DNA of 33,639 nucleotides from a virus (Duplodnaviria; Heunggongvirae; Uroviricota; Caudoviricetes): IMG/VR virus record IMGVR_UViG_2718218449_000004; one strand, 5' to 3'. Shown piece by piece: positions 9,063 to 18,374 of this stretch (position 1 is its first letter; each line of letters starts with the position of its first letter). The notes under the pieces were generated by a model. It saw only the letters and a program-made list of their open reading frames with translations, ran no database searches and was not told where the DNA came from. The position numbers and the translations under genes were made by a program.

Positions 9063-9561
9063 CTTGCCGTATATTCCTCTTGATGAAGAGTATAGCTTGA
9101 ATTTTGCTATGCTTGCCATTGCTATATCTATATTATCTCATAGCAAAAAAGGAGTGTTATCATTAGATATTAATAAAATACAAATTTTTATGTATCTGAT
9201 AAAAAACCCATCAAAAATTGATTATGCTCTTACAGTTTCGGGGAAAAAGCCTGCTTGTGTCGAGTCCCAGTTAACTTATACAATAAAGAGTTTTTCAACA
9301 AATGTAGATATCTTATTCGACAATTCCAAAGTGAAATATCTTATAAAAATTATGTCATTGCGGGGATTGCTCTCAGCTGAGAAAAAAAATAATGAGAGTG
9401 TTAAATTATTTTTATCTGAAAAAGGTAAGGAATTTGCTAGCTCATTGACTGATGGATATTTTAAAGAAATAAAACGACTATCCGAAGCATTGTTACCGCT
9501 ACAAGCATTGCCTACCTCTAAGTTAAACTCTGTTATAAATCAAGTCTTCAAGGAGAAATGA
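9049..9561 (+). CDS. Small hypothetical protein; middle component of the three-gene cassette (LmuC-like by position)
   Basis: 170 aa; start overlaps the hydrolase stop by 14 nt and its stop overlaps the next start (ATGATG), suggesting translational coupling; GAGGT RBS. No motif recognised. Confidence 0.5.
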   Translation: MKKNNLPYIPLDEEYSLNFAMLAIAISILSHSKKGVLSLDINKIQIFMYLIKNPSKIDYALTVSGKKPACVESQLTYTIKSFSTNVDILFDNSKVKYLIKIMSLRGLLSAEKKNNESVKLFLSEKGKEFASSLTDGYFKEIKRLSEALLPLQALPTSKLNSVINQVFKEK

Positions 9562-11528
9562 TGAAATCATATCTCAATATCAATAGTTTGATTCTTGTTG
9601 GCGTTCGTAAAAACTACGTCACTACTTTTTATAAAGGTCTCAATGTTATCTACGGAGACTCTGACACAGGTAAGTCAAGCATTCTGGAGTTTATTAATTA
9701 TCTTTTAGGTGCTAGCTCTATAGATTTAGCAGATGAAATAAAAACATCAGTAAACTATGCTGCTCTTGAAGTAGTGATCAATGATACTGTATTCACAATC
9801 GTAAGAGATATCTATGATCATAAAAAAGCAATAGAAGTTTATCGTTGTAAGTTTGATGATTTACATAAACATTTTCCGAAAAAATACGCTCCTAATTATA
9901 GCCCATTATCAAATGTTGATGGTGTTTTTTCGGAGTTTTTACTTGATAGTCTTAATTTTCCAAAGATTGAAATTAAGGTGTCTCCTTCTAAAGCTCATTC
10001 ACAGATGCGCAGGTTAAGTTTTAGAAATATATATAAATTTGTTTATGTAAGTCAGGATGATATTGGTAGTAAATCTTTCTTGCGATTGGGTGATTGGTCC
10101 CGCTACGCATTTACGAAAGAAGTTTTTAAATACATGTTCAATGTGTTGGATGAAAGCATCGCCAGACTCCAAGGTGAAATATCTGCAAAAAGTAGTTTAG
10201 TAACGGAATTAAATAGGAAGTATCAGATAATATCTGAATTTCTTCGCGATACAGACTATGAAACGATTGAATCAATTGATGATGAGATTAATAGGATAGA
10301 TCTTGTTTTAGAAGAACTTGTTGCAGGTTTGTCTGCTCTCGATAAAAATATGAAAGCGGATTCCATACAGTATACAGAATTGAAAGATGCTCACAATTTT
10401 ATTTCGCTTAAATACAAAGAGTGCATATTAAATATTACTGCGCTTGAGGATAAGATTGATAAATATTCGCGGTTAAAAAATGACTATGATAATGATATTG
10501 AAAAACTCAAAGCGATTAAAACAGCAAATTCTCGCATTGGTGTATTGGATAAGGAAGTATTTTCCTGTCCAGTCTGTGATAGCCACATTAAAATAGATGA
10601 TTCTGATTTTCCATTTGAAATTTCATCAGAAAAAGATCTTAATGAAGAGTTGAATTCACTTAGTCGACGTAGACGAAATATTAATGACATGATCTCAGAA
10701 ATGTCATTTAAATTAAAAAAAGAATCAGGTTATAAAAAGGAATTAGATGAACGACTTGACGAGTTGAGAGAATTGATTGACGAAGAAAGCCAGTCAATGA
10801 TTACACCATTCTTGACTCAGAGAGATTTTTATATTAAAGAGATCTCAAAAAATGAGAAGGTTAGGGAGCAGTTAGTAAAAGATTTGAAGGTTAGAAACCA
10901 GCAAGAGGAACTGCTTGAAAAGTATCAGGTACTGAGAAAAGATATTGAAGCATTAACTGAACGCTTGGAGGCGTTAAAGAAAAACGCACCTAGCATGGAG
11001 GGCATTTTACAAGGTTTGGGTGATAGATTTAGTCAGTATTTGAAGGGTATTAATATCAAAAACAGAACGGGGATAAAAATCTCTGAAAGCTATTACATTC
11101 CTGTTATAAGAGAAAAAGAATATTTTAAAATAACATCCGGAGGTTTGAGAACTATTTCTTCTATTGGGTATCTTTTGTCTATTCTTGATTATGCAATAGA
11201 TCATAATGTTAACCATCCTTTACTTTTGATATTTGATACGGTTGGCAAATATTTAGGGAAACAGACCAAGGAAAAATATTCAAAAGAAACTCTTGCATTC
11301 GAGGATGACCTTGAGGGAATGTCAGATCCGATGAAGTATCAAAATATTTATGAACAACTATTGAATACAGTTCAAAAAGCAGAAAGAAAAAATGTTCCGT
11401 GCCAGATTATATTAGTTGATAATGATTTGCCTAATTCGTTTTCTACTGGTGAACTTTCGAATATTATCGCTCATTATAGCTCGGTTGGTGAGGACGGTTT
11501 GCCTTTAGGTTTAATTGATGACCTTTAA
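9558..11528 (+). CDS. SMC/Rad50-like ABC ATPase with coiled-coil insert and CPVC zinc-hook-like motif (LmuB-like)
   Basis: 656 aa. Walker A GDSDTGKS (aa 33-40); long charged heptad-like region about aa 190-500; CPVC at aa 337-340 (nt 10566-10577); signature-like TSGGL (aa 526-530); Walker B LLLIFD (aa 555-560). Start may be the second ATG at 9561. Confidence 0.7.
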   Translation: MMKSYLNINSLILVGVRKNYVTTFYKGLNVIYGDSDTGKSSILEFINYLLGASSIDLADEIKTSVNYAALEVVINDTVFTIVRDIYDHKKAIEVYRCKFDDLHKHFPKKYAPNYSPLSNVDGVFSEFLLDSLNFPKIEIKVSPSKAHSQMRRLSFRNIYKFVYVSQDDIGSKSFLRLGDWSRYAFTKEVFKYMFNVLDESIARLQGEISAKSSLVTELNRKYQIISEFLRDTDYETIESIDDEINRIDLVLEELVAGLSALDKNMKADSIQYTELKDAHNFISLKYKECILNITALEDKIDKYSRLKNDYDNDIEKLKAIKTANSRIGVLDKEVFSCPVCDSHIKIDDSDFPFEISSEKDLNEELNSLSRRRRNINDMISEMSFKLKKESGYKKELDERLDELRELIDEESQSMITPFLTQRDFYIKEISKNEKVREQLVKDLKVRNQQEELLEKYQVLRKDIEALTERLEALKKNAPSMEGILQGLGDRFSQYLKGINIKNRTGIKISESYYIPVIREKEYFKITSGGLRTISSIGYLLSILDYAIDHNVNHPLLLIFDTVGKYLGKQTKEKYSKETLAFEDDLEGMSDPMKYQNIYEQLLNTVQKAERKNVPCQIILVDNDLPNSFSTGELSNIIAHYSSVGEDGLPLGLIDDL

Positions 11529-11657
11529 TACTATACATGCATTTTTTTGAATTAGATTGCATGTGGATAATGAGTCTATTTAGTGAAGGGAGGGATTTGT
11601 GAGACGAGACTTTCGATAAAAATGCAACCGCATTAAAATCGCCACATGAAGCGGGCG

Positions 11658-11676
11658 GGCGAGGCGGGGAAAGCAC
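11658..11676. other. cos site (19-nt P2 cohesive end GGCGAGGCGGGGAAAGCAC)
   Basis: Exact string read in the sequence between the cargo operon and Q, where cos lies in P2; cos sequence recalled from memory. Confidence 0.6.
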
Positions 11677-11817
11677 TGCGCGCTGGCGGTGGTGCTGATT
11701 TTATTTTTTCAGCGTCTGAGCGCGTCGTGATGGCGCTTAGTCTGCCCGTTGAGGCGTTGGTGTGTCTGCGGGGTGTTTTGTGCGGTGGTGAGCGTGTGAG
11801 GGCGTGATGACGGGGTG

Positions 11818-11840
11818 TAAAAAAGCCGCCCGCAGGCGGC
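11818..11840 (-). terminator. Rho-independent terminator downstream of Q
   Basis: Minus strand reads GCCGCC-tgcg-GGCGGC followed by TTTTTT, immediately 3' of the Q stop. Confidence 0.5.
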
Positions 11841-11845
11841 GATGT

Positions 11846-12880
11846 TCAGCCGTTGTCAGTGTCCAGTGAGTAGTTTTTAAAGCGGATGACCTCCTGACCG
11901 AGCCAGCCGTTTATCTCGCGGATCCTGTCCTGTAGCGGGATAAGCTCATTGCGGACAAAGACCTTTGCCACTTTCTCAATATCACCCAGCGACCCGACGT
12001 TCTCCGGCTTGCCGCCCATCAACTGAAAGGGGATGCGGTGCGCGTCCAGCAGGTCAGCGGCGCTGGCTTTTTTGATATTAAAAAAATCGTCCTTCGTTGC
12101 CACTTCACTGAGCGGGATAATTTTAATGCCGTCGTCTTTCCCCTGCGGGGCATAGAGAAACAGATTTTTAAAGTTGTTGCGGCCTTTCGACTTGACCATG
12201 TTTTCGCGAAGCATTTCGATATCGTTGCGATCCTGCACGGCATCGGTGACGTACATGATATATCCGGCATGAGCGCCGTTTTCGTAATACTTGCGGCGGA
12301 ACAGCGTGGCCGACTCATTCAGCCAGGCAGAATTAAGGGCGCTGAGATATTCCGGCAGGCCGTACAGCTCCTGATTAATATCCGGCTCCAGCAGGTGAAA
12401 CACGGAGCCGGGCGCGAAGGCTGTCGGCTCGTTGAAGGACGGCACCCACCAGTAAACATCCTCCTCCACGCCACGGCGGGTATATTTTGCCGGTGAGGTT
12501 TCCAGTCTGATGACCTTACCGGTGGTGCTGTAACGCTTTTCCAGAAACGCATTACCGAACACCAGAAAATCCAGCACAAAGCGGCTGAAATCCTGCTGGG
12601 AAAGCCACGGGTGCGGAATAAACGTTGAAGCCAGAATATTACGTTTGACGTAAATCGGTGAGCTGTGATGTACGGCAGCACGCAGGCTTTTTGCCAGACC
12701 GGTAAAGCTGACCGGTGGCTCATACCATCTGCCGTTACTGATGCACTCGACGTAATCCAGAATGTCACGGCGGTCGAGTACCGGCACCGGTTCACCAAAG
12801 GTGAATGCCTCCATTTTCGGGGCGCTGGCGGTCATTTTTTTTGCCGCAGGTTGCGGTGTTTTCCCTTTTTTCTTGCTCAT
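11846..12880 (-). CDS. Q: Portal protein
   Basis: 344 aa, same size, position and orientation as P2 gpQ; ATG at 12878-12880. Confidence 0.9.
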   Translation of the reverse strand: MSKKKGKTPQPAAKKMTASAPKMEAFTFGEPVPVLDRRDILDYVECISNGRWYEPPVSFTGLAKSLRAAVHHSSPIYVKRNILASTFIPHPWLSQQDFSRFVLDFLVFGNAFLEKRYSTTGKVIRLETSPAKYTRRGVEEDVYWWVPSFNEPTAFAPGSVFHLLEPDINQELYGLPEYLSALNSAWLNESATLFRRKYYENGAHAGYIMYVTDAVQDRNDIEMLRENMVKSKGRNNFKNLFLYAPQGKDDGIKIIPLSEVATKDDFFNIKKASAADLLDAHRIPFQLMGGKPENVGSLGDIEKVAKVFVRNELIPLQDRIREINGWLGQEVIRFKNYSLDTDNG

Positions 12881-14652
12881 CAGTAAAACTCCAGAATGGT
12901 GGATGTCAGCGGGGTGCTGATACCGGCGGTGAGTGGCTCATTTAACAGGGCGTGCATGGTCGCCCAGGCGAGGTCGGCGTGGCTGGCTTCCTCGCTGCGG
13001 CTGGCCTCATAGGTGGCGCTGCGTCCGCTGCTGGTCATGGTCTTGCGGATAGCCATAAACGAGCTGGTGATGTCGGTGGCGCTGACGTCATATTCCAGAC
13101 AGCCACGGCGAATAACGTCTTTTGCCTTGAGCACCATTGCGGTTTTCATTTCCGGCGTGTAGCGGATATCGCGTGCGGCGGGATAGAACGAGCGAACGAG
13201 CAGGAACACGCCGACACCGAGGCCGGTGGCATCAATTCCGATGTATTCGACGTTGTATTTTTCGGTGAGTTTGCGGATGGATTCAGCCTGGGTGGCAAAG
13301 TCCATGCCTTTCCACTGGTGACGCTCAAGTATTCTGAATTTGCCACCGGCCACCACCGGCGGTGCCAGCACCACGCATCCGGCACTGTCGCCACGGTGTG
13401 ACGGGTCGTAACCAATCCAGACCGGGCGGGAGCCGAACGGATTCGCGGCAAACGGCGCATAGTCTTCCCATTCTTCCAGCGTGTCGACCATGCAGCGTTG
13501 CAGCTCCTCGAACGGGAACACCGACGCCTTGTCGTCAACAAATTCACACATGAACAGGTTTTTAAAATCGTCGGCGCTGTTTTCGCGTTTAAGCTGCTCA
13601 ATGTCGAACAGCGTGCAGCCACCTTTCAGGGCGTCCTCAATGGTGACAATCTGCCGCCACTGACCGTCCGCACAGAGAAGCCCACCGGCAAGAGCGTTAT
13701 GACTGACGTCGATTTCCACGCGTTCGGCGGCGCTGGCGCGTCCCCGGTTGAACAGTTCACCCGACCAGAACGGGTAGGCGTCGTGCGCCAGCGTGGACGG
13801 GGTGGAGAAATAGGTCGAGCGCAGGTGACTCTGTGAGGCCATACCTGATGCCACCTTACGCAGTACCTGAAAATTCGGTATCCAGAAAATCTCGTCGACG
13901 TACAGGTCGCCGTTATGGCTCTGCGCGGTGTTGGAGTTGGTGCCGAGAAAAATCAGTTTTGCGCTGTTATTGCCCAGGACAATCGGGTCACCGGTCAGGT
14001 CAACGTCAACCAGCCGGGCAAAGGCGATGATGTATTCGCGGAACACATACGCCTGCGTTTTACTGGCCGACAGAAAAATCTGGTTATGACCGGTTTTCAG
14101 GGCGCGCAGCAGCGCCTCGCGGGAAAAATAAAACGTCGCGCCAATCTGGCGGGATTTCAGGATATCGCGGATGCGGTGCTCAAGCCCGGCGCGATACCAG
14201 TGCAACTGATATTCGAAAGACTGCTCAAAGAAAATCTGCTCCAGCTTTTCGATAGCCTCGTCACTGAAAAAATTCTTTTTCGGTTTGCGCCGCCCGCCTT
14301 TGTTGCGGTTAGCGATGTTCGGATTAAGGTCTGCCTCGTTGCCGGTCTGGCTGTAGCGGTTTACCCGTGCCAGTCGTTCAATCTGGCGTCCGAGCAGGTC
14401 AATTTCCTTGAAGTCACCGCCGGTTTTCTGCGGTTTGATGATGAGCTGGGTCAGCCGCGCTTCCAGACTCATTTCGACACGGCTGATGGGGGCAACGCTG
14501 TCCCAGCCGTCGCGCTGTTTCCAGCTCTGCACCGTCGGGCGTTTCATCTGCAACATGGCGGCAATCTGCGGCACGGAAAATCCCTGCCAGTACAGCAGCG
14601 CCGCCTGACGACGCGGGTCGTGTAAAAGAGTGGTGTCTGTGGTGATGGTCAT
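12880..14652 (-). CDS. P: Terminase large (ATPase) subunit
   Basis: Start placed at ATG 14650-14652 (MTITTDTTLL...), 10 codons inside the track ORF; position and size match P2 gpP. Confidence 0.9.
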   Translation of the reverse strand: MTITTDTTLLHDPRRQAALLYWQGFSVPQIAAMLQMKRPTVQSWKQRDGWDSVAPISRVEMSLEARLTQLIIKPQKTGGDFKEIDLLGRQIERLARVNRYSQTGNEADLNPNIANRNKGGRRKPKKNFFSDEAIEKLEQIFFEQSFEYQLHWYRAGLEHRIRDILKSRQIGATFYFSREALLRALKTGHNQIFLSASKTQAYVFREYIIAFARLVDVDLTGDPIVLGNNSAKLIFLGTNSNTAQSHNGDLYVDEIFWIPNFQVLRKVASGMASQSHLRSTYFSTPSTLAHDAYPFWSGELFNRGRASAAERVEIDVSHNALAGGLLCADGQWRQIVTIEDALKGGCTLFDIEQLKRENSADDFKNLFMCEFVDDKASVFPFEELQRCMVDTLEEWEDYAPFAANPFGSRPVWIGYDPSHRGDSAGCVVLAPPVVAGGKFRILERHQWKGMDFATQAESIRKLTEKYNVEYIGIDATGLGVGVFLLVRSFYPAARDIRYTPEMKTAMVLKAKDVIRRGCLEYDVSATDITSSFMAIRKTMTSSGRSATYEASRSEEASHADLAWATMHALLNEPLTAGISTPLTSTILEFY

Positions 14653-14825
14653 GAATACCTCGCCGTGATGAATACACGGCAAGGCTACTGAGTCGCGCCC
14701 CGCGATTCGCTAAGGTGCTGTTGTGTCAGTGATAAGCCATCCGGGACTGATGGCGGAGGATGCGCATCGTCGGGAAACTGATGCCGACATGTGACTCTTC
14801 TAATCACTATTCAGGACTCCTGACA

Positions 14826-15680
14826 ATGGCAAAAAAAGTCTCAAAATTCTTTCGTATCGGCGTTGAGGGTGACACCTGTGACGGGCGTGTCATCAGTGCG
14901 CAGGATATTCAGGAAATGGCCGAAACCTTTGACCCGCGTGTCTATGGTTGCCGCATTAACCTGGAACATCTGCGCGGCATCCTGCCTGACGGTATTTTTA
15001 AACGTTATGGCGATGTGGCCGAACTGAAGGCCGAAAAGATTGATGACGATTCGGCGCTGAAAGGCAAATGGGCGCTGTTTGCGAAAATCACCCCGACCGA
15101 TGACCTTATCGCGATGAACAAGGCCGCGCAGAAGGTCTACACCTCAATGGAAATTCAGCCGAACTTTGCCAACACCGGCAAATGTTATCTGGTGGGTCTG
15201 GCCGTCACCGATGACCCGGCAAGCCTCGGCACGGAATACCTGGAATTCTGCCGCACGGCAAAACACAACCCCCTGAACCGCTTCAAATTAAGCCCTGAAA
15301 ACCTGATTTCAGTAGCAACGCCTGTTGAGCTGGAATTTGAAGACCTGCCTGAAACCGTGTTCACCGCCCTGACCGAAAAGGTGAAATCCATTTTTGGCCG
15401 CAAACAGGCCAGCGATGACGCCCGTCTGAATGACGTGCATGAAGCGGTGACCGCTGTTGCTGAACATGTGCAGGAAAAGCTGAGCGCCACTGAGCAGCGA
15501 CTCGCTGAGATGGAAACCGCCTTTTCCGCACTTAAGCAGGAGGTGACTGACAGGGCGGATGAAACCAGCCAGGCATTCAGCCGCCTGAAAAACAGTCTCG
15601 ACCACACCGAAAGTCTGACCCAGCAGCGCCGCAGCAAGGCCACCGGCGGTGGCGGTGACGCCCTGATGACGAACTGCTGA
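14826..15680 (+). CDS. O: Capsid scaffolding protein
   Basis: Start at internal ATG 14826 (MAKKVSKFFRIGVEG...); 284 aa, matching P2 gpO as recalled. Confidence 0.9.
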   Translation: MAKKVSKFFRIGVEGDTCDGRVISAQDIQEMAETFDPRVYGCRINLEHLRGILPDGIFKRYGDVAELKAEKIDDDSALKGKWALFAKITPTDDLIAMNKAAQKVYTSMEIQPNFANTGKCYLVGLAVTDDPASLGTEYLEFCRTAKHNPLNRFKLSPENLISVATPVELEFEDLPETVFTALTEKVKSIFGRKQASDDARLNDVHEAVTAVAEHVQEKLSATEQRLAEMETAFSALKQEVTDRADETSQAFSRLKNSLDHTESLTQQRRSKATGGGGDALMTNC

Positions 15681-15738
15681 CCGGCGTCAGCCAGTCCGGG
15701 AAAACCTTCACGATTAACCCTTAATTTCAGGAAAAACT

Positions 15739-16812
15739 ATGCGCCAGGAAACCCGCTTTAAATTTAATGCCTACCTGTCCCGTGTTGCCGAACTGAACGG
15801 CATCGACGCCGGTGATGTGTCGAAAAAATTCACCGTTGAACCGTCGGTCACCCAGACCCTGATGAACACCATGCAGGAGTCCTCTGACTTTCTGACCCGC
15901 ATCAACATTGTGCCGGTCAGCGAAATGAAAGGGGAAAAAATTGGTATTGGTGTCACCGGCTCCATCGCCAGCACCACAGACACCGCCGGTGGCACCGAGC
16001 GTCAGCCGAAGGACTTCTCGAAGCTGGCGTCAAACAAGTACGAATGCGACCAGATTAACTTCGATTTTTATATCCGCTACAAAACGCTTGACCTGTGGGC
16101 GCGTTATCAGGATTTCCAGCTCCGTGTCCGTAACGCCATTATCAAACGCCAGTCCCTTGATTTAATCATGGCCGGTTTTAACGGCGTGAGGCGTGCCGAA
16201 ACCTCTGACCGCAGCAGTAACCAGATGCTGCAGGATGTGGCGGTCGGCTGGCTGCAGAAATACCGCAATGAAGCCCCGGCGCGCGTGATGAGCAAGGTTA
16301 CTGACGAGGAAGGTCACACGACCTCTGAGGTCATCCGCGTGGGTAAGGGCGGTGATTATGCCAGCCTCGATGCACTGGTGATGGATGCGACCAACAACCT
16401 GATTGAGCCGTGGTATCAGGAAGACCCTGACCTTGTGGTGATTGTGGGGCGTCAGCTGCTGGCGGACAAGTATTTTCCCATCGTCAACAGGGAGCAGGAC
16501 AACAGCGAGATGCTGGCCGCTGACGTCATCATCAGCCAGAAACGCATCGGTAACCTGCCGGCGGTACGCGTCCCGTACTTCCCGGCGGATGCGATGCTCA
16601 TCACGAAGCTGGAAAACCTGTCCATCTACTACATGGATGACAGCCATCGCCGCGTGATTGTGGAAAACCCGAAACTCGACCGCGTGGAGAACTACGAGTC
16701 AATGAACATTGATTACGTGGTGGAAGACTACGCCGCCGGTTGTCTGGTGGAAAAAATTAAGGTCGGTGACTTCTCCACACCGACTAAAGTGACCGCAGAG
16801 CCGGGAGCGTAA
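15739..16812 (+). CDS. N: Major capsid protein
   Basis: 357 aa; near-identical to P2 gpN as recalled. Confidence 0.95.
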   Translation: MRQETRFKFNAYLSRVAELNGIDAGDVSKKFTVEPSVTQTLMNTMQESSDFLTRINIVPVSEMKGEKIGIGVTGSIASTTDTAGGTERQPKDFSKLASNKYECDQINFDFYIRYKTLDLWARYQDFQLRVRNAIIKRQSLDLIMAGFNGVRRAETSDRSSNQMLQDVAVGWLQKYRNEAPARVMSKVTDEEGHTTSEVIRVGKGGDYASLDALVMDATNNLIEPWYQEDPDLVVIVGRQLLADKYFPIVNREQDNSEMLAADVIISQKRIGNLPAVRVPYFPADAMLITKLENLSIYYMDDSHRRVIVENPKLDRVENYESMNIDYVVEDYAAGCLVEKIKVGDFSTPTKVTAEPGA

Positions 16813-16815
16813 CCG

Positions 16816-17559
16816 ATGACGAGTCCCGCACAGCGCCACATGATGCGGGTCTCGGCAGCGATGACCGCGCAGCGGGACGCCGCCCCGCTGCGACATGCAA
16901 CTGTCTATGAGCAGATGCTGGTCAAGCTGGCCGCAGACCAGCGCACACTGAAAGCGATTTATTCAAAAGAGCTGAAGGCCGCGAAAAAACGCGAACTGCT
17001 GCCGTTCTGGTTGCCGTGGGTGAACGGCGTGCTGGAGCAGGGCAAAGGTGCACAGGATGACATTCTGATGACGGTCATGCTGTGGCGTCTGGATACCGGC
17101 GATATTGCCGGTGCGCTGGAGATTGCCCGTTATGCCCTGAAGTACGGTCTGACCATGCCGGGTAAACACCGCCGCACCCCGCCGTATATGTTCACCGAGG
17201 AGGTGGCGCTCGCGGCCATGCGCGCCCACGCTGCCGGTGAGTCTGTGGATACCCGCCTGCTGACGGAGACCCTTGCACTGACCGCCGCGGCAGACATGCC
17301 TGATGAAGTGCGTGCAAAGCTGCACAAAATCACCGGTCTGTTTCTGCGTGACGCTGGTGATGCCGCCGGTGCGCTGGCTCACCTGCAACGTGCGACACAG
17401 CTCGACTGTCAGGCAGGCGTCAAAAAAGAGATTGAACGACTGGAGCGGGAGCTGAAACCGAAGCCGGAGCCGCAGCCCAAAGCGGCCACCCGCGCCCCGC
17501 GTAAGACCCGGAGCGTGACACCGGCAAAACGTGGACGCCCGAAAAAGAAAGCCAGTTAA
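16816..17559 (+). CDS. M: Terminase small (endonuclease) subunit
   Basis: 247 aa, P2 gpM size and position; ATG at 16816. Confidence 0.9.
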   Translation: MTSPAQRHMMRVSAAMTAQRDAAPLRHATVYEQMLVKLAADQRTLKAIYSKELKAAKKRELLPFWLPWVNGVLEQGKGAQDDILMTVMLWRLDTGDIAGALEIARYALKYGLTMPGKHRRTPPYMFTEEVALAAMRAHAAGESVDTRLLTETLALTAAADMPDEVRAKLHKITGLFLRDAGDAAGALAHLQRATQLDCQAGVKKEIERLERELKPKPEPQPKAATRAPRKTRSVTPAKRGRPKKKAS

Positions 17560-17658
17560 CAACCGAATGCGCCCCGCGCCAGGGCGGCACGCCGGTCAGT
17601 GAGGGTGAATCACCTGACACTGCACCGGCGTCCACCGCCCGACTTTTCAGAGGTAGTC

Positions 17659-18168
17659 ATGATGACGCTGATTATTCCGCGAAAGGAGGCTCCCGTGTCC
17701 GGTGAGGGTACGGTGGTCATCCCGCAACCGGCAGGCGACGAGCCGGTGATTAAAAACACGTTCTTTTTTCCCGATATCGACCCGAAGCGCGTCCGGGAAC
17801 GTATGCGCCTTGAGCAGACCGTCGCCCCCGCCCGTCTGCGTGAGGCCATCAAGTCAGGCATGGCGGAAACGAATGCGGAGCTGTACGAGTACCGCGAACA
17901 GAAAATTGCTGCCGGTTTTACGCGTCTGGCGGACGTCCCGGCGGACGACATCGACGGTGAAAGCATCAAAGTTTTTTACTACGAGCGCGCCGTGTGTGCG
18001 ATGGCGACCGCATCGCTTTATGAGCGTTATCGCGGCGTGGATGCCAGTGCCAAGGGCGACAAGAAGGCCGACAGCATTGACAGCACCATTGATGAACTGT
18101 GGCGGGATATGCGCTGGGCGGTGGCACGTATCCAGGACAAGCCGCGCTGCATCGTGAGTCAAATCTGA
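17659..18168 (+). CDS. L: Head completion/stabilisation protein
   Basis: Start at internal ATG 17659 (MMTLIIPRKEAP...); 169 aa as in P2 gpL. Confidence 0.9.
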   Translation: MMTLIIPRKEAPVSGEGTVVIPQPAGDEPVIKNTFFFPDIDPKRVRERMRLEQTVAPARLREAIKSGMAETNAELYEYREQKIAAGFTRLADVPADDIDGESIKVFYYERAVCAMATASLYERYRGVDASAKGDKKADSIDSTIDELWRDMRWAVARIQDKPRCIVSQI

Positions 18169-18371
18169 TGAAGACCTTTGCGCTACAGGGCGACACGCTC
18201 GACGCCATTTGTGTCCGGTATTACGGGCGCACTGAGGGCGTGGTTGAGACCGTGCTCGCCGCAAATCCGGGACTGGCTGAACTGGGTGCGATGCTGCCGC
18301 ACGGCACCGCCGTCGAACTGCCCGACGTTCAGACCGCGCCCGTGGCTGAAACTGTCAATCTGTGGGAGTAA
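18168..18371 (+). CDS. X: Tail protein X (LysM-like)
   Basis: ATG at 18168 overlapping the L stop; 67 aa (MKTFALQGDTLDAICVRYYG...), matching P2 gpX. Confidence 0.9.
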   Translation: MKTFALQGDTLDAICVRYYGRTEGVVETVLAANPGLAELGAMLPHGTAVELPDVQTAPVAETVNLWE

Positions 18372-18374
18372 CGC

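Noticed and set aside
10484-11216. Minus-strand ORFs inside the cargo ATPase gene
   Set aside because: Antisense to a gene with clear Walker A/B motifs; AT-rich sequence with no RBS.
11677-11817. G/T-rich stretch with repeated GTG/GGTG motifs after cos
   Set aside because: Looks like packaging-site flanking sequence; no regular repeat unit or ORF could be defined.
12019-14677. Many ORFs overlapping Q and P on either strand
   Set aside because: GC-rich coding sequence yields long open alternative frames; their translations are Arg/Ala/Pro-rich with no motifs.
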